From NCBI GenBank assembly GCA_013265495.1, contig MU058839.1:124001-188000 (forward strand): a DNA stretch of 64,000 nt. The letters are read 5' to 3'. Position 1 is the first letter of the stretch. Every line of letters starts with the position of its first letter. Of the stretch, positions 37,561 to 49,176 are shown one piece after another. A model generated the notes under the pieces. The model was not told where the DNA came from. It did not search any database and saw only the letters and a program-made list of their open reading frames with translations. The position numbers were made by a program, and so were the translations under genes. The stretch comes from Vicugna vicugna (taxonomy: Eukaryota).

Positions 37561-38821
37561 TAGAGAAAGAAAACATCTCTTCTTAGCTTATTTTGTCTTT
37601 TATGCCTGCTCAAGACCTTTTATAGCCTCATTCCTATCCTTCAATTCTCATTACCTGCTTTTAATTAGTTGTAGAAAACTCTTACTAGTTTCAGGGGCAT
37701 CTAAAGTCTTAATTCTAAAATCTGATGACATATTTTTTGTTTGTTTTATAACAAAGAAAACACTTTTAGCAACATGGAACACTGTAAAATTTTATCTGTT
37801 GGACTCTAGAAGCAGCACAAATGTGACTGAACAAGAAATACTTCACTTGCTCTTTTGTTTAAGAACAGTGTGTTCCCAAGGAAATAGCCACCACTTCCTT
37901 ACCTACACGTTCAAGAGATTAATAAAGAACAAAGGAAATGTTATCATTATCAGTATTAAAAAGGATTTTCCTATAATGTGCTATTAGCTTACAGCCTGCC
38001 TTTCTGATGAGAGAAACAAAAGCTACTATAAGGTTGTCTGTTTCCATTAATTCTGTCTAAATGAGTATCATCTTGGATTTTTAAAAAATTGGAAATGGAA
38101 AATTACTTTAATTGGGAAGTTTTTCTATCTAAGTCTCCCCATTAGTTTTATTCAAACAAAATTTTGTGGAAGTGATACATACAGACATAAACATGTAAAA
38201 GTCATTGTTGTTTAGCTTGAATAATTTCTATAATATGAACACAGCTTTGTTATTACCACAAAAATCAAGAAACAAAACCTTCACTGCACAACAGAATCAA
38301 CTTTTTCTCCCTGCCAGACACCAACCCTTTTACACCCCAAAGGTAACCACTATTCACACTAATACCACTGATTAGTCTTAACTATTTTTGAATTTTATAT
38401 GAAAGGAATTATATAATATTTACTCTTAACATTGTATTTGTGAGATTAATCCATGTTGTTATACATATCAGTCATTTGTTCTTTTTTATTGCAGCATAGT
38501 ATTTCTTTATATAAATATAGTACAATGTATTTATCCATTCACTGTTGATAGACTTATGAGTTATCCTCAGGTTTGGACTACTATGAGTGATGCTGCTGTT
38601 AACTTTTTTGTATATGTTTTTGGCATACATATGTATATATTTCTGTTAGGCATGTATGTAGAAGTTGAATTTCTGAGTCAAAAGAGGCCACAGTTGATCT
38701 TTAGTATCTACTGCAAAAAAGTTTTCCAAAGTGATTGTACCAGGAAAAAATGAAAGTTCTAGTTGCTTCATATCTTTGCCAACTTGCCATATTGTGAGTC
38801 TTTTTAAAACTAACCAGTCTG

Positions 38822-39008
38822 AAAAAAAAAAAAAGATTACACTGTATAGCACAGGGAAATATACACAAAATGTTATGATAAATCACAGAGAAAAAAATGT
38901 GACAATGAGTGTGTATATGTCCATGAATGACTGAAAAATTGTGCTGAACACTGGAATTTGACACAACATTGTAAAATGATTATAAATCAATAAAAAATGT
39001 TAAAAAAA
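38822..39008 (+). mobile_element. Young camelid-type L1 3' end
   Basis: Perfect 16-bp TSD aaaactaaccagtctg at 38806-38821 and 39009-39024, at a TTTTT/AAAA endonuclease site. Confidence 0.95.
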
Positions 39009-42000
39009 AAAACTAACCAGTCTGGGAGGTATGTATACCATTGTTGTTTTATTTTGTATGTCCCTAGTGATTAATGATGTTAGATAGTTTGTCATAAGTT
39101 TATTTAGATAGTCTCTTTTGTGAATTACCTGTTTCAGATTTTGCCTATTTTTAAAAATTGGTTTGTTTGGCTTTTTATTTTTAAATCTAGGACTCCTTTA
39201 TATATCTTCTTACAAATCTTTGCTTTTATATACTGCAAATATATCTTCTACTTTGTGAGTTTATCTCTTTTTCTTAATGGTTTCCTTTGATGAACAGAAT
39301 TTCATGTTAATATGGTCAAATTGATTAATCTTATCTTTTATAGATGGCATTTTTTCTGTACTGTTTAGAAGTTTTTGCCTCTTTCAAAGTCAAAAAGGTA
39401 TTTTTTCTATATTATCACCCTAAAACTTTATTAGTTTACCTTTCTTGTTTAGACCAACAGCCCATCTTGAATTTATTATTTCTAAGTGTAAGTTAGAGGT
39501 AAAGACTCAATTATTAAGAGTTATCCATTGACTCACCACTATTTTTTGACAAGAATATTTCCCCCGATTTCTCTACATTGACAACTTTGTAAAATATCAG
39601 GTGTCCTTGTATGTGGCGTGGGTACTGAATTATATTTTGTTTCATTTACGTATTTGTTTACCCTTGCACCAGTGTCACCCTGCCCTAATTACTGTCCTGT
39701 CGTTTGCTCACATAACCTCCAATTTTGGTCTTCTTCAAAACTGTCTTGCCCATCTTAGGACTTTTATATTTCCACCTCCATTTTAGAAGATTCTTGTCAA
39801 CTTTCACCCCCTCTAAAAATCACACAAAAAATAGATTTTGGCTGGGATTGCACTGAATCTGTAAATAAGATAGAGAATATTTGCATCTTTATATTATTAT
39901 AGCTTCCAGTGCTTGAATGTTATATATCCCTTTATTTACTTACATCATATTCATTTTCTCTAAATAATGTTTTAAAGTGTGTGTGAGTGAGTGAGTATGT
40001 GTAGAACTCTTGTACATCTGTCTTTAGATTTATTTTTAGGTATTTGAATTTTATGCTACTTTAAATATTCTTGAAAATTTTATTTTCTAATTGCCTATTG
40101 CTTATAAATAGAAATAAAAATGGTTTTGTATAATGCTCTAGTATCAAGAAACGTCTATATTCACTTATTAATTCCAATAGTGTATCTAAAGATTGTTTGG
40201 AGCTTTCATCGTACATAGTCAAATTGACTGAATAATGACAGTTTCTTTTCCAATCCTGACATCTTTTACTAATTTTCCTGACTTGCTGCCCCTGCTAGAA
40301 GGTCTAAGACAATGCTGAATAACAGTATAGGTAGCAGATGTCCTTGTCTCATTCCCAGCATCAGGAGGATGCTTTTCCTCTTTCAGTATGTAGTATGATA
40401 CTAGCTGTAGGTTCTTTTGGTGCATACACTTTGTTAAATTAAGGAAGTTTCCTTCTATTCCTATTTTGCTAAGAGTTTTTTTTATTATGAATGAGTATTA
40501 TAGTTCATCAAATATTTCTAATTTATCTATTGAGGTATAATATGGTTTTTCATTTTTCTTCTATTAAAGCAGTGAATTATACTGATTGATTCTTGTATAA
40601 CTAAACCAAACTTACATTGTTAACCATGCTGTTTAGCTCCATTTGTTTATCACTGAATTTAGTTTGCTAGCATTTTGTTTAGGATTATTTTGTATCTATA
40701 TTCATGAATGAGATTGACTATAATTTTTCTTTTTTTGTAATATTCGTGTAGGATTTTGCTCTCAAGATTATGCTAGCCTCAAAAAATAAGCTGACAATGT
40801 TGTTTTCTGTTCTCTGGAAGTGTTTATGTAAGATTACTATTACTTTGTCCTTTAATGTTTAGAAGAATTCATTAGTGGTACCATCTGGGCCTGGAGTTGT
40901 TTTTCATGAGATAAGTTTTAAATAGAAATTTGATTACTTATGTTAGATATGGGAATATTCATATTTTTCTTACATTGTACATAGTCATATTTTTCTTACA
41001 TTGTTTTTTGAAAAGTTGTGTTTTTCTACCAGCTTGCCCATTTTATTTGATTTTTCAATTTGTCGGCAAAAATACTATTAATACTATTCAGCTGTGTGTT
41101 TGTAACAAATGAATTCATAGTAATGTCACTATTTCTGCAAAATGATATTAGAAATTCTCTCTCTCTCATTCTCTCTCTCATCATTCTTGCCAGGGGTTTA
41201 TCTTTCTTACTAACCTTTTCAAAGGACCAACTTTTACATTTGTTTATTCTCATTATTGTATTTGTTGCTATTCCATTTTTTTTTTTGCACTTTTATGTGT
41301 TTCTTCTATTTTTTGGGTCTCTATTGGTGTTCTCTTTTTCTTTACCTTTTGAAGTATATACTTAAATCATTGATTTTCAGCCTTTCCTTTTTTGAAATAT
41401 ATGCACTAAAAGCTATAAATTTCCCTTTAAACATAAGTTTTAGCTGCATTCTGTAAGATTTTATATGTTCTATTTTATTATACTTCAGTCCAAAGTATTT
41501 TCTAATTTTTATTGTGATCTCCTCTTTAACCAAGATATTATAAATAAATATACTTTAAATCACTGGGCATTTGGTGATTTCCTATTTCTTAAATAGATTT
41601 TTAGCTTAATTTCACTATGGACAGAGAATATGCCCACTATTAATGTCCTTTGAAACTTGTAGACACATGTTTTATGGTCTAGTGTAGCTCAGCTTGTAAA
41701 TAATTCTAAAGCATTGGAACATAATTTATATTCTAAAGTTTTGGGTAGAGTTTCTGAGATGTATCAATAAGTTCCATTTTGTAAATCTTGTTAAATTGTC
41801 TATATTCTAGCTAACTTTGTATACTTTTTCAGTTTGTTACTGAGAAACGTGATTAAAGTCTACCTCTGTGATTGTGGGTTTTCTATTTCCTCCTTTCATG
41901 TCTGTTAATTTTTACTTTGTAAATGTCAAAGCTATGGTAATGAATGTTTATGAATTAGTAGTTGTTATGTGTGAGATTGGTATGTTCAACTATAATTGTT

Positions 42001-43645
42001 GAATTGTCTTTTTTTCCAGAATATATGCTTTACATATTATGGACCTCTATTATTAGATGTGTATACATTTATAGTTGTTAAATCTTCCTGAAATCTTTAA
42101 TATATAAAGTACATATTTTATAAAATATCTTCTTTGTCTCTAGTAATAATTCTTTCTTAAAATCTATTTTGTCTGTTGTTAATATAGTTACTTCAGCTTT
42201 CTTATTGTTACTTTTGCATGGCTCCCTTGCACCTACTGTTTGTTGACATCATTCCACTGTCCTTTAATGTTCATTATTTCTATTGTGAAGTCAGGTTAAG
42301 GTCTTTGTTGCCGTTTTCATCGTGTCTTTTTTTCTCTGGCTGTTTTTAAATTTTTCTCTTTATCTTTGATTTTCAATTGTCCTACAGTGATACGCATATG
42401 TGTGCTTTGCTTTGTGTCTAACCTGTTTCTTTGTAGCATCTGCTGAATTTGTTGCCTCATATCTTTCATCAGTTTTAGAAAATTCATGGTTATTTTCTTT
42501 TCAGTTATTCCTTTGATTTCATTTTCTCTCTCCCAAACTGTTTTCCAGAGTGAATGCACCATTCACTATTCACACCAGCAATGTATGAGTGATCCAGTTT
42601 CTCTGTACTCTTACCAACATTTTATGTTGTTAACAATGTTTTAGTCATTCTATTAGGTATATAATGATATCTCATTGTAATTATAATTTGCATTTCCCTA
42701 ATGGCTAATAATGTTGAATAATTTTTATGTGCTTTTCCCATGTCTGTGTCCTCTTTGGTGAAATGTCTCTTGATTTCATTTAGGATTGCTATATCTTTTT
42801 GGTGAATTGACCTTTTAAGCATTATGTAATATCCCTCTTTGTTTCTGTTAATATTCTTTGCTCTAAAGTCTATTTTATCTGATATTAACATAACTGCTTT
42901 CTTTTGATAAATGTTTATAAGATATATCTTTCAGCCTTTTAATTTCAACCTGCCTATGTTACTATATTTGAAGTGAATTTCTTTTAAGTAGCATCTATGA
43001 ATCATGTTTTTTAATCTACTCTGATAATCTCTGCTTTTAATGTTGTATCTAAACTATTTATATTTAATGTACTCATTGATATATTAGGAGTTAAGTTGGC
43101 CATTTTTTGTTTTCTCTTTGTTCACTCTCTTTTTGTTTGTCTTTTTTTTTCTTTTCCTCCTTGTAGATTACTTGAGAATTCTTTAGAACTTCATTTTGAC
43201 TTATCTAAAGTGTTTTTGAGTGTATCTCTAAATGTAGCTTTTTTGGTGGTTACTCTAAGGATTGCATTGTATAACATAACTTATCAAACAATCTGCTTGT
43301 GTTGTTCCTTGGGACCCAAGGTTGCTATATGGTCTGCCTGCTTCTCTTTACCTTTCAGTGTCTTCTTATATTTGTTTTATGTGTAAAGGTCAGAGTCTTA
43401 ATTTTTACTTAGTGAAAATTATGTCTATTCCATGATCCCAGAAGTGTAAGTCAGTACAAATATAAGTATGTATTTCATCATATCTAAATTTAGCTCAGTT
43501 CCACCATCCCCCTAAACTGCTCCCTGTCCCTTTTGGTCAATACTTTCCAATCCCAGCTGATCTATTTTCTGTCCCTATAGTTTGTCTTTTCCATAATGTC
43601 ATATAAATAGAATTACCCAGCTTGTAACCTTTTGAGACTGGGTTC

Positions 43646-43890
43646 TTTTTTTTTTTCATAGTAATCACACTTTTAATATAAATTTGAAAAGATATTTGGT
43701 ACAGCATATATATTTTAAATCAAATATTTTCAATAGCTGAAAGGCTGGGAAAATACAATTCTTTAAGTATCTCTTAAGAATAGTTAGGTAACTACCTAGA
43801 ATACAGCTGTGGATCAGACTGATCTGTGATCATGGCAATATTCTACATCTGTGATGTCCAATATGGTAGCCTCTAAGGTATTTTGCCTAT

Positions 43891-43923
<33 letters not shown>

Positions 43924-44148
43924 ATTTTTTATTGAGTTATAGTTATTTTACAATGTTGTGTCAAATTCCAGGGTAGAGCACAATTTTTCAGTTATACATG
44001 AACATACATGTATTTATTGTCACATTTTTTTTTGCTGTGAACTACCACAAGATCTTGTATATATTTCCCTGTGCTATACAGTATAATCTGGTTTATCTAT
44101 TCTGTATATGCCTGTCAGTATCTATAAATTTTGAAATCCCAGTCTGTC
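43646..44148 (-). mobile_element. L1 3' end with 3'-transduced flank
   Basis: L1 43921-44148, (TAAA)n tail 43888-43920, foreign segment 43657-43887, second poly-A 43646-43656; TSD gagactg(gg/ta)ttcttt at 43634-43648 and 44149-44163. Confidence 0.88.
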
Positions 44149-45029
44149 GAGACTGTATTCTTTACCTTAGCGTAGTGCATTTGAGAGTCAGCCATGTTGT
44201 GTGTATTGGTAGATTGTTCTTTTCTGTTGTGGGATAGTATTCCATTGCACTGTAGTTTGTTTCTCCATTCCCAGTTGAAGGATATTTGGGTTGTTTCTAG
44301 TTTGGGGTGATTACAAATAAAGCCACTATAAACATCATATACAAAATTTGTGTGAACATAAATTTTCATTTGACTTGGGAAAATAAATAGAAATGGTATT
44401 TGTAGGTCTCATTTTAAGTGTATGTTTAATTTTATAAGAAATAGAAAATTTTTTTATTTCCCCCAAGTGTCTGTACCATTTTCCAGTCCCACCAGCAATA
44501 TATGAGTACCAGTGGCTTTAAGTTCTTCCTTCCAAGTATTTGGTCTTATCTTTTTTGTGTGTGTGCCATTTTAACTAGAGTGTGTGATATCTCATTATGA
44601 TTTTAACTTATATTTCCCTAATGACTAAGGATGTTTAGCATTTTTCATGTCCTTAGTTGTCATCTGTTTATTGTCTTTGGTGAAGTCTCCTTTCAAATCT
44701 TTTGCCCATTTTTAATTAGATAATTTGTTTTCTTGTTATTGAGTTTTGAGGGATCTTTACATATTCTGGATACAAGTCTTTTATCAGAAATGTGATTTAC
44801 AAATATTTTGCCTCATTCTAAAACTTCTCTTTTTATTTTCTTTACATTGTCTTTCAAAGAGCAGGCAGTTTCAATTTTGAAAAATCCAATATAGCAATTT
44901 GTTCTCTGATGGACTGTGCTTTTTATATCATAGCCAAGAAATCTGTGCCTAACCTCAGCTCACAAAGACTTTCTTCTATTCTTTTTTTCCTGGTAATTTT
45001 TAAATTAAGTTCCAAGCCTTCTTTTTGAA

Positions 45030-45575
45030 AGATTTATAAAGATAATTTGAGGCTCTGAGTGATGTCAACTTCCTCCTAGAGAGAATATACTTCAGTTTCT
45101 GTTAGGCAATTAGGCTAGAGGCAGATCATTTTAATCTCATTGAGGATTGAGATGACTCAAATCTTAGATTCAGTTTTTGTGAGGGCAGGTATATTCCTTG
45201 TTTGCCCTTAAGTTTAAGGCTTCACTGGAGCTCATTGAAAGCATAGGGTTTTTATCAGCCTCCTGTCTGGTGGATCTTAAACTCAAATTTTTGTCTCATT
45301 AGCCTGTAAGCCTGCCAAAAGCTCTGCTTAGTTTTTCTTCATTTCACCCATTGTTTATAAATCAGCAAATGAAATGTTCGGCCGAATGTCAGGCTCTCTC
45401 TGTGCTTTCCTTATCTTCAGCATTGCAGCCCCTCAAGCACAGAGAGAAAGTTCTTGGAAGCTCTTGGATAGCTTCAAAAATTTTCTTTATCCAGCTTTCA
45501 TAATTTTAGTCATTGAGAGGGGGGATTGTTCTGATATAAGCTAGTCTGACATAGCCAAAAGCAGAACTCCTCCCC
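45030..45575 (-). mobile_element. Old L1 5'-region fragment
   Basis: 'gataatttgaggctctg...cttcctcctagagag', 'tttatccagctttc', 'aagcagaactcc' resemble ancient L1 5' ends. Confidence 0.5.
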
Positions 45576-47995
45576 ACCAATCTTTCACATTGACTATTCT
45601 AGAAGTTTATTGTTAACTCAGAGTCTCAGAGATTAACTTTTCTTTTAAGCAATTTAGCCTATATTGAGAGATGAGACATTATAAACCTATAGGTTCACAT
45701 AAATGTGGGAGATGATGTCATTTTCCTGTGGAAGCGGAGGTGAAGAAGAGTGAGTCTCTCTCCAGTGCTTCTGGGAGAATGTTTTACCAACTTAGAATGA
45801 GAAAAGCTGGTACTTAACCACCTGCACAAGCTTAATGTAACAACTTTCTTTACCTAAGTAGCATCAAAACTTAATTACTTTCTCTTTCAATCATTTTCTG
45901 TGTTTCTTTCCCCACCTCCTTATGTCCTCAAAAGGGCTGCCACAAGCAAACAAATCTGTCAAGTAATATCTAGTGTTCCATCCAGGACTTCATAGTGTAG
46001 TTCCCTAGGAGGATCCAGGGGGAAGGAATTTGGCTTCAAAGTGTCAGATGACATAGAGATAAAGCTTCCACAGTCAACATTAAATCTTTGATAGCAGCTC
46101 AAAAATAATTGAAATAGGAAATACCAGATATGAGTGCACAGGTACTGGCTTCGAAATCGAAAGTCAAATCCTTCTAAGAATCCTGAATGGAGATGCACCG
46201 ACAGTTGGAACAAGTCTTGTGAGATTATAAGTAAAGTGACTGGAGGTAGGTTTTACACAAGATACGGAAATAGAAAAAAGAAAAAAAGAAGAAAGAAAGA
46301 AAAAGGATAAAGGGGGAAATCATGAAGGTAGCAGAAATGTTTAGGTTGTAAGAAGAAATGAAAGATTTAGCTTAATAATAAGCAGCTTGACTAAGAAATG
46401 GCTAAAATTAAGATTCATAAAGTATGGACATTCTGAGCTTTCTAAATTGAATATCTTTAAAAGATGGGTGGCATATATAATCAGTGTCCATTTACTCCAC
46501 ACAGAGGACAAAATCGCTGGGATTAATTGAACCAAAAAAGTTTGGAATTCCAGCTCTGCTTTTAATTAATGGAGTGACCTGGGGAAGGTCACTTATTTTC
46601 TCAAGGCTTCTGCAAAATGGCAGATTTTCAATGAGTCATCTTTTCGGATCTTAAAGGTCTGTATGGATATAACCCAACTTTAATTATTGATACAAGCAAG
46701 TATTGGACTTATATTTTCGTTGACATTTTGCATTCAATAAAATTTACTGTGGTGGTATTTAGGCTGCTTTTTAAAAAAATCATAGAAATATGAATTATGC
46801 AACATATTCTTTTCTCCTGATCATCAGTCCTTTAATATATACAAATCGAACTGTAAATACAAATACATACAATTTGCAGAGAACCTGGATTCCTAAGCCT
46901 AATTGCCCATGGAAGTCATTACCTCAGACTCATACTGAGCTAAGTTTTGTGGATAATTTCACCCCCTGTGTAGTCACTTTTGGCTGAGTGTATATTTACC
47001 TCACTCAAGAAGAAAAGAGATTTTATCACCAAATATTTGTGGAGAAACTAAAATTTCATATCAGCAGTTTTAAAAGATACAATGTTAACTCCATCCCTTA
47101 CCTGGTGTCACCTTAATTCTTTTTTCATTATTATAGTTCTAGTTTGAAACAAAAATCTAAACCACTGAAGTCATAAAAACTCAAAACCAACCTATAAAAC
47201 TGATCCTAGAAACGTTCATGCTTCTTTCAGAGATGTTACAGTGATTTATCTTATTTTTAAAGTCCTACCCACTCACTTAAAAGGCAGCTAACACTAGTAT
47301 ACCTATCTGCAATTATCTTCAAATTTCACAAACACTATTTAGTGACATTAAGAGGAGGCAGTGGTCTTTGAAGACAACACAAGCCAACTCTAACATCACA
47401 TAGTTAAGGAAAGTTAAGGAATCAGAAACCCCAAATCCAAGAAAACATAAGACAACCTAGTCCATGTGTGTCTTGTTCACTGGTGTTGCTTGGTACCTGG
47501 TACAGTGCCCGGCACATGGTAAGCGCTCCATCACTATATCAAGTGAAGGAACTTAGGAGAGAAGGAAAACTAAACAGAGGAAGGATCATCTGTTTCAAAG
47601 ATCAAGGGAGGCAGCATAGCAGAAGGGATCTGAGTAGATGGCTTTGAGGGACACAAATGTAACAGAACACATTCTTCAGGGGAAGATGGGGAGAGCAGTC
47701 ACAGATCTAACCATGTATAACTAAAAGTCATCCAACTTACCTCAAGGCTAAGTAGTATTTTTATTTTAAAGGTATTTTTCAAAATTTGTATACAAAGAGC
47801 TACTAGCACTGTTTCTTTAGTCAGGTAGATGTGTTGGATAACCTGTTCAAGAAAGATCGCTTAGTCTAACCTCATGAAGCCCGTATTCTTCACTTACTGA
47901 TGGGGGCCTGAGTGGCACATATTGAGGCCGTATTTCTAGATCAGTGCAGTTTTGAGCAGACATGGCAAGAGTGGCAACCTGCAGAATTTTTGCAG

Positions 47996-48006
47996 GTGAC
48001 TCAGCA
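47996..48006 (+). promoter_or_regulatory. Antioxidant-response/MARE-type motif with AP-1 core
   Basis: GTGACTCAGCA matches RTGAYnnnGC with TGACTCA core; overlaps E-box CAGGTG; motif only. Confidence 0.35.
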
Positions 48007-48119
48007 GTGCTTTCCAGGGTGCAATTGAGGCAAAAGGAAAGAGCTAGTGCATGCATGCACTCTCAAAGATTTGGCGAGACTGTTTCAGTACCTGGCATTT
48101 TAAATGTGTTCTATTTTAA

Positions 48120-48340
48120 AAACACTTAGATAGTGTTTACTGTGTCCCAGGCATTGTTCTAAGCAGCTCATAGATCTGAACCCAGTGACTCTCAAAATGA
48201 CCCTATAAGGTAGATACTGTCCTTGCCTTATAGATGAGGAAACTGAGACATGAAGTTAAATAACTCACTCCACTCCAGGTCATCAGCTAGTAAGTGGCAA
48301 CATCAGGATTTGATGCAGTCTGGCCCATGCATCCCTGGCG
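48120..48340 (-). mobile_element. MIR SINE
   Basis: 'tactgtgtcccaggcattgttctaagc...tatagatgaggaaactgagac...cagctagtaagtggc'. Confidence 0.85.
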
Positions 48341-48784
48341 GCTTTCAAACACAATGTCATGCTTGCTCCCTGATGTGAGGAGTGGGATAGGGACCCAAAG
48401 GAAATAAAGCCGGCCTTTTCTCTCTGCTTGACCTTCCCCAGCAGGCTCTTGTGGAAGAACAGGGCTTGGTCTAAGCTAAGCCTTTCATTCCTATATTCAA
48501 CATCCCTTCGTTTGAACCATCACTAATTGTGCTCAAAAAGTGATGCGTGAGTTGTGTGTGGGAACCAGTTACTTCATGGACACTGTGTTGTCCATTGGTA
48601 ATGGAAATTGTCCTCTTCCCTGATTGGCAGTAGGCAGGGGACCTGGGGCTCTTCATGGAGGGCCTTGGGAAGCTTGGCTGACAAATGCAGTGAATGAATA
48701 TTCAGAAGCTAAGCTGGTAAATTGTTCAGGCTCACAAGTGTGGAGATTGCCTAATTAAAGTGAGCGGCTGAAAGAGAAGAAAAT

Positions 48785-48995
48785 GCTAGCTCATGTGTGT
48801 CTAGCACAATTATGTGCTGAGCATTTTACCTGCATTAGCTCATTTAACTCTCATAATAATCAGAGGAAGTTAAAAACTATTATCCACTTTGAAGTTGAAG
48901 TCTTAGAGTCTGGGAGGGTTAACGATTTTGCCCAAGGTCTCACAGCTTCTGTAAACAGCAAAGGTGGGGTTAGACCTCTTGTCTGAGACCCAAAC
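48785..48995 (-). mobile_element. MIR SINE
   Basis: 'gcattttacctgcattagctcatttaactctcataataa...ttttgcccaaggtctcacagct'. Confidence 0.75.
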
Positions 48996-49137
48996 CAGGC
49001 CCTTCCTACCAAATACTGCATCAGGAGAGCTGAAAGATCCGAGCTGAAGGCAGATGTGCTGTGGACTCCAGTACAGCGATAAGGAGCACGATGCAGGCTC
49101 CTTGCCAGGGCTGGAAAGGAAGCAAGAAGCAAGCTGT

Positions 49138-49176
49138 GCATTGGTAGTACAGTGGTGAGCATAGCTGCCTTCCAAG
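49138..49176 (+). pseudogene. Tailless retrocopy of the 5' half of tRNA-Gly(TCC)
   Basis: GCATTGGTAGTACAGTGGTGAGCATAGCTGCCTTCCAAG vs tRNA-Gly-TCC GCGTTGGTGGTATAGTGGTGAGCATAGCTGCCTTCCAAG (3 differences); direct repeat caagaagcaagctg at 49123-49136 and 49173-49186. Confidence 0.93.

Larger units (their letters stand above)
38150..45010 (-). mobile_element. Large mosaic block of old L1 sequence with nested younger inserts
   Basis: ORF2p remnants 'INKCKSWSFEKVSKKDKPLARM', 'FKGKFIAFSAYI', EN 'LISDKIDFRAKNI'; ORF1p remnant 'KDKEKNLKTAREK' (42317-42520); 3'UTR segments at 38150-38800 and 43500-44400. Confidence 0.9.
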
